Source: an uncultured Bacilli bacterium (GTDB taxonomy: Bacteria > Bacillota_I > Bacilli_A > RF39 > UBA660). Taken from it: DNA of 64,000 nucleotides. Positions 9,980-20,381 of the stretch are shown here, piece by piece. The translations under genes and the position numbers were made by a program. How positions within the stretch are numbered: position 1 is the first letter of the stretch; every line of letters starts with the position of its first letter. The stretch is from assembly GCA_934096555.1 (NCBI GenBank), contig CAKOMD010000001.1, forward strand, positions 27,474 to 91,473. The letters run 5' to 3'. Below the pieces are notes generated by a model. The model made no database searches, had not been told where the DNA came from, and was given only the letters and a program-made list of their open reading frames with translations.

Positions 9980-11350
9980 CTATCTTACTTTACACTTTAT
10001 TTTAGAACTATTATCTACAACTACCCTACCAATAGAGTTATAATATACATTATACTTTTCTATATCTGATAGTTTATAACAATTTCTACCATCATAAATT
10101 CTTGGAGTTTTCATTAATTCCTCATACTTGGATATGTCATATTCTTTAATCGTAGGCCATTCAGTCATAATAAGAACTGCCTCAGTATCCATAATAGTAC
10201 TATCAATATCAGTAAAATAACTAATACTTCCTACTGTTCCATCGTTCTCCAATTTATATGAAATTCTCTTTTTAAAGCTTTCGATAGATATTGGATCATA
10301 TGCTTTAATTACTGCACCAGCATCTAATAATAATTCAATATTATATATAGAAGGGGCTTCTCTCAAATCATCAGTACCAGGTTTAAAAGTTAAACCAAGT
10401 ACAGCTATATTTTTACCTTTTAGATTACCAAAATCACCTAATAACTTTTCATATAATTTAATTTTTTGACTTTCATTAACATCAATACAAGCCTTAACAG
10501 TTTTAAGTTCTGCACCAACTTGTGAACTCAAATAATGAAGAGCTTTAGTATCTTTAGGAAAACAGCTTCCGCCATAGCCTATACCAGCATTTAAAAATTT
10601 ATTGCCTATTCTAGAATCAAATCCCATTCCCTTCGATACATCTTCAATATTTGCGCCAAGCTTCTCACATAAGTTTGCAATTTCATTAATATAAGAAATT
10701 TTTAATGCCAAGAAATCATTAGAAGCATACTTAATCATTTCTGCACTTCTTCTATTTGTAGATAATAAAGGCACATTATATGGTTCTTTAGTTAATGGTT
10801 CATACATTTTTAGTAATGTCTCTTCTGCTTCCTTGCATTGAGTACCAATTACAATTCTTGAAGCATAAAGCGTATCTCTTACTGCAGTACCCTGAGCTAA
10901 AAACTCTGGATTACTAGCAACATTAATGTTAATTCCATCTCTAACATTATTTTTTAAGTATCTTTCAACTTCATCATTAGTACCAATAGGTACAGTAGAT
11001 TTAACAACTACAACTACATCTTTTTCTACTGATTTAGCAATTTGTTCACACACACCATAAACATAATCTAGATTAGCAGAACCATCCTTTCTTTCAGGAG
11101 TACCAACACCAATTATAATAACATCTGCATCCTTATATGCACTCTTGTAATCAGTAGTATAATTAAGCCTATTACTATTTTTTTGCATAAGTTCTTCCAA
11201 TCCTTGCTCATAAATAGGACTTATACCACTTCTCATCTTTTCTATTTTCTTTTCATCAATATCAACACAAGTAACATTATGTCCAATATTAGCTAATGCT
11301 ACACCTGTTACCAACCCTACATATCCTGTTCCAGCTACTGCTATTTTCAC
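9980..11350 (-). CDS. ugd: UDP-glucose 6-dehydrogenase
   Basis: KIAVAGTGYVGLVTGVALANIGHNVTCVDID...GGSCFPKD. GGAGG plus 8 nt precedes a GTG at 11350, whereas the longest ORF starts at 11368. Confidence 0.85.
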   Translation of the reverse strand: MKIAVAGTGYVGLVTGVALANIGHNVTCVDIDEKKIEKMRSGISPIYEQGLEELMQKNSNRLNYTTDYKSAYKDADVIIIGVGTPERKDGSANLDYVYGVCEQIAKSVEKDVVVVVKSTVPIGTNDEVERYLKNNVRDGININVASNPEFLAQGTAVRDTLYASRIVIGTQCKEAEETLLKMYEPLTKEPYNVPLLSTNRRSAEMIKYASNDFLALKISYINEIANLCEKLGANIEDVSKGMGFDSRIGNKFLNAGIGYGGSCFPKDTKALHYLSSQVGAELKTVKACIDVNESQKIKLYEKLLGDFGNLKGKNIAVLGLTFKPGTDDLREAPSIYNIELLLDAGAVIKAYDPISIESFKKRISYKLENDGTVGSISYFTDIDSTIMDTEAVLIMTEWPTIKEYDISKYEELMKTPRIYDGRNCYKLSDIEKYNVYYNSIGRVVVDNSSKIKCKVR

Positions 11351-11407
11351 TTCTATTACCTCCATCATGTATATACATCATAACATTATTTAGCCTTGAA
11401 ATCAACC

Positions 11408-12457
11408 CTAATTAATACTTAAATTACCACTAGTAGGATAAATTTGAATATAAGTATTACCATCATTAACAACTAATTCTTCACCACTAGATTTTATTTT
11501 ATAGATAGTTTTATCATTTTTACCACTCTTACTCCAAGTAATAGGTATACTATAACCATTAGATACATAGTATCCTTCTCCACTACCAACATTATCTATC
11601 TTTTGATAAGCACAGTACCCATGATCACAATAATTAGAATAATTAACACTATATATAATAATATTTTTAACCTTATATTGCTCTCCAGTTACTAAATCAA
11701 CATTCTTAGTATCATTCATACTTCTTAAATACACTTTATTTTCACTATCATAAGTATAATTAGAAGTTCTATAATCAGAATATTTAATACTAACATTATT
11801 AGCTACACTACTACCATCTAATTTAGATAAATCTATTTCTTCAGCACTATATTTAAGTAAACTCTTAGTTTCGGTAGTAGTCCTATACTTTCTATTATTT
11901 GTTCCTTCACCTAATAACTTGGTAGAAGTAAATAATTTATGCTCCCAAGCTCTATTTAAAGAAGTATCTCTAAATCCATATTGACCATCTACATCGACAT
12001 CATTAATACCTTCACTAGCTATTCTCTTTAAAGCATCTTCTGCTCCTCCAGCATGACCATATATAGCGTCATTTTCATATACATAGTCCAAATACTGTAT
12101 TCTCGCACTTCTAACAGAACCGATTTTATCTACATCTGTATCTTTAAATAAAGCCATCATCCTAGTAATGCCACCCTCAACCATAAGTTCATATACAATA
12201 TATGCCTTATCAAGACCTGCTTGAGGTAATGCCTCATTATGACAATTAATCATAATAGCATAAGGTCTAGTATCACTATCAACATCAATTATAGTAACTT
12301 TCTTTTCTTCTTTTACTTCCTCATTAACATTTTCTTTTTTATCAGGAATTTTTTTATTATTATCAATAACAAAATATACTCCTATACCAATACCACATAA
12401 CACAATAACACCAAGTATAATAAATAAAATTAGTTTGTTATTTTCTCTCTTTCTCAT
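11408..12457 (-). CDS. DUF3048-family (YerB-like) membrane-anchored protein
   Basis: There is an N-terminal TM helix, and PYAIMINCHNEALPQAGLDKAYIVYELMVEGGITRMMALF matches the conserved DUF3048 N-domain pattern. Confidence 0.5.
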   Translation of the reverse strand: MRKRENNKLILFIILGVIVLCGIGIGVYFVIDNNKKIPDKKENVNEEVKEEKKVTIIDVDSDTRPYAIMINCHNEALPQAGLDKAYIVYELMVEGGITRMMALFKDTDVDKIGSVRSARIQYLDYVYENDAIYGHAGGAEDALKRIASEGINDVDVDGQYGFRDTSLNRAWEHKLFTSTKLLGEGTNNRKYRTTTETKSLLKYSAEEIDLSKLDGSSVANNVSIKYSDYRTSNYTYDSENKVYLRSMNDTKNVDLVTGEQYKVKNIIIYSVNYSNYCDHGYCAYQKIDNVGSGEGYYVSNGYSIPITWSKSGKNDKTIYKIKSSGEELVVNDGNTYIQIYPTSGNLSIN

Positions 12458-12497
12458 AATACCTCCATAACAATATTTTATCTACTTTAAGTATATC

Positions 12498-12532
12498 ATA
12501 TAAAAGAAAAAATACAAACTAATTTTTGTATT
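12498..12532 (-). terminator. Rho-independent terminator downstream of the epimerase gene
   Basis: A 9-10 bp perfect stem (AAAATACAAA / TTTGTATTTT) is followed by a T-run on the minus strand. Confidence 0.5.
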
Positions 12533-13501
12533 TTATTCTTGACTATTATTTTTATACCAATTAATAAAGTTTTTAATTCCTTCTTTAAAACTAGTTTTAG
12601 GTTCATATCCTAATAGTTTTTTAGCTTTTGATATATCAGCATAAGTTCTATCAACATCACCAGGTTGCATAGGCAAAGTATCAATATCTGGAGTTACTCC
12701 AAGTACATCACCAATAACATTAATCATATCTTTCAAACTAATAGGATTATTACTACCCAAGTTAATTATTTCATAAACATTATCATTATTCATTACATAA
12801 TCACAAGATCTACATATACCATCTACTATATCATCAACATAAGTATAATCTCTGGAAGTACTACCATCACCATACATAGGAATAGATTTACCATCAAGCA
12901 TTAATCTTGTAAATTTATTAATTGCTAAATCAGGTCTTTGTTTAGGTCCATATACTGTAAAGAATCTAAGCATTATAATATTCATATCATTAAGTTTATG
13001 ATAAACATGAGCCATTACTTCATTAGCTTTTTTAGTAGCGGCATAAGGACTAATAGCATAATCAACTATCATATCTTCTCTAAAAGGAACTTCCTTACAA
13101 TTACCATAAACACTACTACTTGATGCCATAACCAAAGATTTTACATTATGTAGTTTAGCTTCTTCAAGAATATTTTGAGTGCCAATACCATTAACTTCTT
13201 GATATAATAAAGGATTTTCAATAGAAGGTCTAACTCCGGCCATCGCAGCAAGATGCATAACAACATCAATATGATTTTCATCAAATACTTTCTTTACGTC
13301 TTCTCTATTTCTAATATCTCCCCTATATAATTTATAATTATCATTATTAATAAAATCTTTAATATTCTTTTCTTTAATTTTAGGATCATAATAATCACAA
13401 AAATTATCAATAGTAACAACCTTATTTCCCTCTTTTAATAATCTTTCAGTAAGTGTAGAACCAATAAATCCAGCTCCGCCTGTAATAAAATACGTTTTCA
13501 T
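12533..13501 (-). CDS. NAD-dependent epimerase/dehydratase, most like UDP-glucuronate 4-epimerase
   Basis: MKTYFITGGAGFIGSTLTERLL...IDNFCDYYDPKIKEKN...YxxxK. It is adjacent to ugd. Confidence 0.7.
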   Translation of the reverse strand: MKTYFITGGAGFIGSTLTERLLKEGNKVVTIDNFCDYYDPKIKEKNIKDFINNDNYKLYRGDIRNREDVKKVFDENHIDVVMHLAAMAGVRPSIENPLLYQEVNGIGTQNILEEAKLHNVKSLVMASSSSVYGNCKEVPFREDMIVDYAISPYAATKKANEVMAHVYHKLNDMNIIMLRFFTVYGPKQRPDLAINKFTRLMLDGKSIPMYGDGSTSRDYTYVDDIVDGICRSCDYVMNNDNVYEIINLGSNNPISLKDMINVIGDVLGVTPDIDTLPMQPGDVDRTYADISKAKKLLGYEPKTSFKEGIKNFINWYKNNSQE

Positions 13502-14904
13502 TTTTTCTTTCTCCTTTTAGTATTGTTTTTTTTATCATTAGTAGTAAGATAATCTATCCAGCCATCGGTAGGAATGAAATTTTTATTATATTTTTCCTCA
13601 CTATTTATTCCATTTTGATCAATAAATTTATATTCCATTAATGAAGATATTTTAAATTTTTTTAATTTGTATCCCTCATTAATATATTTAATTTTTTTAG
13701 GATCAAACCCCATTATTTTGCAAATAGACCTATCCATATTTAATTGATTAAAGCTAGCTACTATTAGTCCGACTTCTTTATTCGATGGAATAAGTGGGCC
13801 TTCTTTTTCACCAGAAATAATCATATCCGCAACATTAAAAATAATTCTCTTTTTATTATTAGACAAAACACCATTTTTATCAGAATATAATAATATTTTA
13901 TTTATATCAAGTATAGTTCTCCATATTGTATCATTTCCATACCAACTTCCTTCTTGAAATCTTTCTTTATGAGTTAAAACCATCAATTTATAAAATACAC
14001 CATTTATAAGGTAAATTATTTTGCTATGTGTATAAGAATAATTCTTAGCAACAGAACGACAATATTTAATAAAACTACTTTCTGGATATTCATCACCATG
14101 ACTAGCAACACTACCATTCCTATGATGTGGTAAATACTCTTTTTTACTATTCACACCAACAAAGTTTTTCATAGAGGCAGTGATACCAGCTTTTCTATGA
14201 CATTTTGGCTTTGGAACATTAATTATAACATCAGCATCAAGAATATCTTTAGCAATTAAATATTCATGTTTTCCTTGACAATGATGACTATGCATATACT
14301 TTAAATTGTAATTTGTAATAGCATACTTTTTATAATATTCATCAGTTTCAACCAAAGAACTATTTTCTCCAATATCAACTACAGTACATTCAATTTTTGG
14401 ATTACTATTCTTTCTAAAATCTTTTAATTCAACCTTATAATTAAAATCATTATATTTTTTTATTGCCTCTTCTAAATTATATAACTTTATAACTTCAGCA
14501 AAATTGCATTCTTGTACAGGAGCATCGCCAACGATAATACTACCAGTACCATTTAAAGCAATTATTGTATAATCAATAATTGGTCTAATTACAGAAAAGT
14601 TAGTTATTAATGAATCGGTATTACCATCCAAAGATTCATTAATATGTTTCACTAAATTAGGTTTTATCACTACTTTATTATTTTTTTTAATAAAATCACC
14701 AAAAGGATTCCAATTTTTTTTACCAATATTCCCTTTATCAAGCCCCATTTGAATAAAAAGTCTACGAACACAATCGTATATATTAGAATCACTCTTAATA
14801 TCAATGTTTAATCCCTCTGGATACACTGTTGATGGATTAAAAAAATTATCATTACTATATTTATATATTTTTGTATCAACAACATATACATCGTTATTTT
14901 TCAT
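13498..14904 (-). CDS. DUF362-domain protein
   Basis: KVVIKPNLV...IVGDAPV resembles the DUF362 core. The start overlaps the epimerase stop (ATGA). Confidence 0.45.
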   Translation of the reverse strand: MKNNDVYVVDTKIYKYSNDNFFNPSTVYPEGLNIDIKSDSNIYDCVRRLFIQMGLDKGNIGKKNWNPFGDFIKKNNKVVIKPNLVKHINESLDGNTDSLITNFSVIRPIIDYTIIALNGTGSIIVGDAPVQECNFAEVIKLYNLEEAIKKYNDFNYKVELKDFRKNSNPKIECTVVDIGENSSLVETDEYYKKYAITNYNLKYMHSHHCQGKHEYLIAKDILDADVIINVPKPKCHRKAGITASMKNFVGVNSKKEYLPHHRNGSVASHGDEYPESSFIKYCRSVAKNYSYTHSKIIYLINGVFYKLMVLTHKERFQEGSWYGNDTIWRTILDINKILLYSDKNGVLSNNKKRIIFNVADMIISGEKEGPLIPSNKEVGLIVASFNQLNMDRSICKIMGFDPKKIKYINEGYKLKKFKISSLMEYKFIDQNGINSEEKYNKNFIPTDGWIDYLTTNDKKNNTKRRKKK

Positions 14905-16405
14905 TGCTATTTTTCCTTTCCCTAATCATTTTTATTATATCATTAAAATCATTTCTAAATAAGATAGTATTAACTAAAAGTACAAAGACTGTAATTACTA
15001 CAACAGTTATAACTGCCAAAATCACCCATTTAATATAAGTATCAATATTAATATTAATACAAAAAATTTGAAATAACATAACTATTACCATTTCAATAAA
15101 TGAAACAATTATTATTTTTAAAGAATTAATAAACTTAGTTTCTAATATTTTTGTAGAACCATAGTATATAAACCCAAATGTTCTAATTGGCATAGATATT
15201 AAAGTACCAATAGCAACTCCTACTAAACCATATTTTTTAACTAGTAACACAGAAATTATTATATTAACCACTGGTTCTATAATAGAAAAAATTTTAGTTT
15301 CCTTAAAATGACCCTTAGCATATACAATAGTTGAATATGGATATCTTATAACAAAGAAAAACTCAGCAAAAACTAAAATATAGGCAAAAGTAGGAATAAC
15401 ATAATTAGCATCAACAAAATTTTTAGTATAAACTGAAACAAAAGGAACTATCAATATTAAAGTTGAAGCAAGCAATATTGTTGTCAATGTATAAAAAATG
15501 AAAGAATACAAACTAAACTTATGTCTTACTTGTTCTGAATTCTGTGTAATTAGTGTTTTGCCAAAAAAAGCATCAATACCATTAGTTAAAGAGACAATCA
15601 AAGCACGAATACCATTCGTAATCAAAGCATAAACTGAATATATTGAAATATTTGTTAAATTACTAAATATAGTTAATAAAATAACATCTATACTAGATTG
15701 CACAGTTGATGCAATATGATGAATTAGTCCATCCCATTGTTTATCAAATTTATAAGTTGAATTATTGTTTATTTTATAATTATACTTTTTGTTAAAATAC
15801 ATTCGCATTATAATCGGTTTAATTACATATATAATTGAACCTGCTAACTTTACACATTGAATATTACAATTTAGTTTTATCAAAATAACAATAACAAGTA
15901 TGTTAACAACATAGCCAATTGAATTTATATTATCAATAAAATAATTTTTTTGATCGGATTTCAAAAACAAATTATACGTCATACCTAAATAATATTCAGA
16001 AAAATATCCTATAGCAATAATCAATATTAATGATACAGTATATAAATATGAATAACTACTATTTATAAACTTTGGATATATAACACAAAGAAACAAAATG
16101 TATGCTAAAAGAACATATGATATTCTTTTAAAAAATAAATTAGCTTTACCCAATATATTTCCAACCTCTTCTTTATTTTTTTCTACCAAAGGTTTATAAA
16201 GAGCATTTTTTATAACAGGTCCTATACCGCCTTCTAATAAAGAAATATAAGCTAAAAACTGTGCAATCGAAGAAATAAGGCCATTGACTTCAGAACCAAA
16301 TTTTTTTATTATCATTACAGGAACGATAAATCCATATACTATAGTAATTGCCTGATAAATAAACGAAGAAAGAATATTTTTAATTATAGTTTTTTTATTA
16401 TTCAT
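14894..16405 (-). CDS. wzx: Oligosaccharide flippase (Wzx, MOP superfamily)
   Basis: 503 aa with about 12-14 TM segments. The N-terminus has the typical polysaccharide-biosynthesis-protein pattern (FGSEVNGLISSIAQFLAYISLLEGGIGPVI). Confidence 0.75.
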   Translation of the reverse strand: MNNKKTIIKNILSSFIYQAITIVYGFIVPVMIIKKFGSEVNGLISSIAQFLAYISLLEGGIGPVIKNALYKPLVEKNKEEVGNILGKANLFFKRISYVLLAYILFLCVIYPKFINSSYSYLYTVSLILIIAIGYFSEYYLGMTYNLFLKSDQKNYFIDNINSIGYVVNILVIVILIKLNCNIQCVKLAGSIIYVIKPIIMRMYFNKKYNYKINNNSTYKFDKQWDGLIHHIASTVQSSIDVILLTIFSNLTNISIYSVYALITNGIRALIVSLTNGIDAFFGKTLITQNSEQVRHKFSLYSFIFYTLTTILLASTLILIVPFVSVYTKNFVDANYVIPTFAYILVFAEFFFVIRYPYSTIVYAKGHFKETKIFSIIEPVVNIIISVLLVKKYGLVGVAIGTLISMPIRTFGFIYYGSTKILETKFINSLKIIIVSFIEMVIVMLFQIFCININIDTYIKWVILAVITVVVITVFVLLVNTILFRNDFNDIIKMIRERKNSNEK

Positions 16406-16407
16406 AT

Positions 16408-17328
16408 CTAATCATTCCTTTTAGAAGGTAATTTAATTAAATCACCTATTTTTTTATCCCATTCTAATGGTTTAAACTCCTCATATCCATTTCCAGGATA
16501 AAAAGTCATTTCACCAAAATATAATTTCCCATTAATTTCATACCAATCAACTCGTACAAAAGGAATATTATCGGACAAAATCTTTGAAAACTTTAACATT
16601 AAGTTATAGTTAAAAGGCTTTTTAATTTCTTTATTTGATGAAGGATAATGTCTTTCGAAAGGCAACCTGTTCCAATCTAAGTCAAAAAAAGTAACCTTTA
16701 AACCATCTTTATACCGCTCACTACATGTAAAAGATAACTTAGGCTCTCCATCAAAACACATAAACTTATAATCAATTAACTCCTTATTTCCATTATCTTC
16801 CATATATTTTTCGATTATTATTTTAGGCTTAACTTTCTTATACGGCCATTCCCTACCACAATAATAATAATTTCTTTTCAAAGAAGCATTGATTTTTTTT
16901 CTTGCAGAAACTATATCAAAATTACTTTTATCTCTACATATTGCTAACCCACCAGAATCATGATTACATTTAATTACAAATTGATTAGGTAATTTATCAA
17001 AATCAATATCATCAAAATTATCATATACTCCAATTAAAGGTATTAGATATTCTTCACCAATTTTTTCTTTTATATACTCTCTAACTTCATACTTGTCTAC
17101 CATCTTAGTATACTCTGGATTTCTATCATAGAGTTTTAACCATTGTAACTTTTCATTAAAAGTTTGTGGATTTTTCAAGTTTAATTTATATCCCATTTTA
17201 TATTTAAAATATATCTTCAAATATGTTTTATCAGATAATATTTTTGAAAGTTTACTATTCATTACTCTTAACACAAGTTTTGAAGGATTAAGTAAATAAT
17301 ACTTTAACTTTAACAATTTATTTTTCAT
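16408..17328 (-). CDS. TupA-like ATP-grasp amidoligase (teichuronopeptide-type)
   Basis: KNPQTFNEKLQWLKLYDRNPEYTKMVDKYEVREYI is the hallmark N-terminal motif of the ATPgrasp_TupA family. It has a paralog at 18384-19298. Confidence 0.6.
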   Translation of the reverse strand: MKNKLLKLKYYLLNPSKLVLRVMNSKLSKILSDKTYLKIYFKYKMGYKLNLKNPQTFNEKLQWLKLYDRNPEYTKMVDKYEVREYIKEKIGEEYLIPLIGVYDNFDDIDFDKLPNQFVIKCNHDSGGLAICRDKSNFDIVSARKKINASLKRNYYYCGREWPYKKVKPKIIIEKYMEDNGNKELIDYKFMCFDGEPKLSFTCSERYKDGLKVTFFDLDWNRLPFERHYPSSNKEIKKPFNYNLMLKFSKILSDNIPFVRVDWYEINGKLYFGEMTFYPGNGYEEFKPLEWDKKIGDLIKLPSKRND

Positions 17329-18412
17329 TTTTTACACCTACAAAATAATCATAATATTTTTTATATATCGTATTGGCATCTAATTTTTTTCTTATTTCTA
17401 TAGCATTTTTTTCTATATTTCTTCTGACAGTTTCATTTTTTATTAAGAATAATATTTTTTCTGATAAAGTTCTAACATCATCAACCGGTATCAATAATCC
17501 ATTCTTACCATCGTTAATTAATTCAGAAGGACCAAATTTACAATCAGTAGAAATGCAAGCAGTCCCAGCAGCCATCGCTTCAATTAAAGCATTCGGCATT
17601 CCCTCATATCTAGAACTCAATACAAATATTTTTGAATTTGCAACATCATTAATTGCATCACTTTTAGCACCACACAATTGTACATAATCATGAAGGCCCG
17701 CATTATCAATTAAATTTTGCAAAGTATCCCTATCAGAACCTTCGCCAAAGATTTTAAGAATATAAGAAGAATTCTTTTTATTTACTATGGAAAATGCCTT
17801 AATTAATGTATCAAATCCTTTTTGACTATTAAGTCTACCCATTGCAGTAATAACATTTTCTTTATTATGTACATTAATATCATAGACCTTTTTATTACTA
17901 ATAGCATTAGAAATTACAATGGAATTCTTTTGAACTTTAATAGGAAATGTTTTTTTTATTCCTTCAGTTTGAAAAATAAAACCATCACATTTTTTAGCAG
18001 CATAATATGTAATATGTTTTTTCAAATTGCTTAATTCAAGCACATTACATCTTTCAGATCCTATTACTTTGCAATTGCAAGGTTTTGAAAAATATGCATA
18101 CAATTCAGTTTGGTAAAACATTGCAAAAACTAAATTAGCATTTAGTTTTTTAAGATTTTTTTTACAAAACCTATATCTATTAATTATTGCCATAACCCTA
18201 TTGCTTGAATTTTTTTCAAAATTGATTACATTAACTCTATCATCTAATTCATATGCAGAATCATCATTATCAAACTTCAATATTGTAACTTTATCATTTG
18301 TATTTTCAACAATCCAATTGCAAAAAGAAACAGCAACTCTCTCTGCACCCCCAAAGCCTAATCTAGACATAATTAGTACTATATTATTTTTCATTTGTAT
18401 TACCCTCACCAA
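17318..18412 (-). CDS. GT4 glycosyltransferase
   Basis: The C-terminus carries EGMPNALIEAMAAGTACISTDCKFGPSELINDGKNGLL, which is the GT4 EX7E region. Confidence 0.8.
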   Translation of the reverse strand: MVRVIQMKNNIVLIMSRLGFGGAERVAVSFCNWIVENTNDKVTILKFDNDDSAYELDDRVNVINFEKNSSNRVMAIINRYRFCKKNLKKLNANLVFAMFYQTELYAYFSKPCNCKVIGSERCNVLELSNLKKHITYYAAKKCDGFIFQTEGIKKTFPIKVQKNSIVISNAISNKKVYDINVHNKENVITAMGRLNSQKGFDTLIKAFSIVNKKNSSYILKIFGEGSDRDTLQNLIDNAGLHDYVQLCGAKSDAINDVANSKIFVLSSRYEGMPNALIEAMAAGTACISTDCKFGPSELINDGKNGLLIPVDDVRTLSEKILFLIKNETVRRNIEKNAIEIRKKLDANTIYKKYYDYFVGVKNEK

Positions 18413-19298
18413 GTTTTAAGTAATTACCTAATGTAATTTCATAATCTTTTGGTTCAAATTTAGTAAAACCAGCAAAATGGAAAAAAGTTAATTCTCCTAA
18501 ATAAATCTTATTGTTACACAAATAAAAATCAACTCTCAAATGTGGAATATTTTTGCTTAAAATACTAGCTATTTCTTTCATTTTATCAAATTGTTTAGGT
18601 TTGTCAAAAATCACATTTGATGCATTATAAATACATTTCAAATCTAATTTGTTGAAATCAGAATCATAAAAGTCATTAAACCTATTCTTTTCTTTGTCAC
18701 CATAGCAAACAGACACTAATTTAGGAATACCATTAAAGCAAAAAATGTTATACTCCATTAAATCACTTTTGTCTTTATTTTCAATATATTTTTCAATGAC
18801 AATTCTTGGTTTAACATTTTTATAAGGCCACTCTCTATGTACTTTGTAATAATTTCTCTTCATGAATTTATTGATTTTCTTTTTTGCTGCCTTCATATTT
18901 AAAGTATTTTTATCCTTACAAATAACTAATCCTCCAGAATCGTGTGTACACTTAATTACAAATTGATTCGGTAATTTATCAAAATCAATGTCATTAAAGT
19001 TATCATATACACCAACAAGTGGAATTAAATATTGCTTTCCTATTTTATTTTCTATATAATTTCTAACTTCATATTTATCAACCATTTCAGTATACTCTGG
19101 ATTTCTATTATATAATTTTAACCATTGAAGTTTCTCACTAAGTAGTTTAGGATTTTTTAAATCTAATTTTTTTCCAATCAAAAGTTTATATTTCCATTTC
19201 AGATATAGCTTATCAGGGAGAAAGAAAAAGAAATTTTTATTCATCAAACAAATTAAAGCCTCCCTTGGATGAGTTAAATATTTAATTATTTTTTTCAT
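18384..19298 (-). CDS. TupA-like ATP-grasp amidoligase, paralog
   Basis: KNPKLLSEKLQWLKLYNRNPEYTEMVDKYEVRNYI. It is roughly 55-60% identical by eye to the ORF at 16408-17328. Confidence 0.6.
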   Translation of the reverse strand: MKKIIKYLTHPREALICLMNKNFFFFLPDKLYLKWKYKLLIGKKLDLKNPKLLSEKLQWLKLYNRNPEYTEMVDKYEVRNYIENKIGKQYLIPLVGVYDNFNDIDFDKLPNQFVIKCTHDSGGLVICKDKNTLNMKAAKKKINKFMKRNYYKVHREWPYKNVKPRIVIEKYIENKDKSDLMEYNIFCFNGIPKLVSVCYGDKEKNRFNDFYDSDFNKLDLKCIYNASNVIFDKPKQFDKMKEIASILSKNIPHLRVDFYLCNNKIYLGELTFFHFAGFTKFEPKDYEITLGNYLKLGEGNTNEK

Positions 19299-20373
19299 TT
19301 TTATACACTTCCTTCATAAATTCAAACCATTTACTAACTATCTTATCACAAGAATAATTATTCATATTTTTTTTAGCAGACATTGCTATTTTTTTACACA
19401 TTTTATCATTTTCAATAACTTTATACATTGCAGATACAAGTTCATTCTTATCATTGCTTTTAACAAGTAATCCATTTATATTATTTTTTATTAATTCACG
19501 TGGTCCCCCGCAAGGACAATCTGTTGAAATGCACGGCACACCGACTGCCATAGCCTCCATCAAAGCATTAGGCATTCCTTCATATTTAGAAGATAAAATA
19601 AAACATTTTTTTTCTTTTAAGACATTTTCAATATCATCTACATTACCACATAACTTAACATTATCATCAAGTTTATTATTCTTTATATACATATCAAGTT
19701 CATTTTTTAAATTTCCATCACCATAAATAAGTAATTTATAATTTGGATATTTCTTAATAACATCTTTGAAGCTTTCTATTAAAAGCACTTGATTTTTTTG
19801 CTCGTTCAATCTGCCAACATTAATAAATTCTTTACTTTCATTTCCTATATATTTAGTTTTTAAAAATCTATCATCAACCGGATTAGCAATAACTATAGAT
19901 CTATCTTGAATTTTTTTGCAGAAATAATCGTGCGCTTCTTCTGTCTGAAAAACAAAGCCATTAGCTCTTTTATATAAAATTTTCATTATAATTCTACTTT
20001 TAAAAGATGCATATTCCATCTTCGGATCATTCCTATCAGAAATGATTACAGGAGTTTTAATAAATGGTTTCAATAAAAGTAATCTATAACTCGGTTCAGG
20101 TAAAAAACATAAAATAATATCAGGATCAATATCTTTTATATAGTCTTTTAATCTCATTAAATATATAATGTTCTTTACTAATGGATTCTTATTACCATCA
20201 AAATTTTTCAAATTAAAGAGTTTAATACTTTTATTAAGACTATATTCTATTTTTTCGTCAGTAGTAGTAATAATAGTAACTTCATTTTTTTCTACTAGTT
20301 TATTAGATAATGTAGCAACAACTCTCTCCGCTCCACCTTTTCTCAAATTACCTATATAAAATAATATTTTCAT
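19282..20373 (-). CDS. GT4 glycosyltransferase
   Basis: EGMPNALMEAMAVGVPCISTDCPCGGPRELIKNNINGLLV. Confidence 0.8.
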   Translation of the reverse strand: MKILFYIGNLRKGGAERVVATLSNKLVEKNEVTIITTTDEKIEYSLNKSIKLFNLKNFDGNKNPLVKNIIYLMRLKDYIKDIDPDIILCFLPEPSYRLLLLKPFIKTPVIISDRNDPKMEYASFKSRIIMKILYKRANGFVFQTEEAHDYFCKKIQDRSIVIANPVDDRFLKTKYIGNESKEFINVGRLNEQKNQVLLIESFKDVIKKYPNYKLLIYGDGNLKNELDMYIKNNKLDDNVKLCGNVDDIENVLKEKKCFILSSKYEGMPNALMEAMAVGVPCISTDCPCGGPRELIKNNINGLLVKSNDKNELVSAMYKVIENDKMCKKIAMSAKKNMNNYSCDKIVSKWFEFMKEVYKNEKNN

Positions 20374-20381
20374 ACTTCCTC

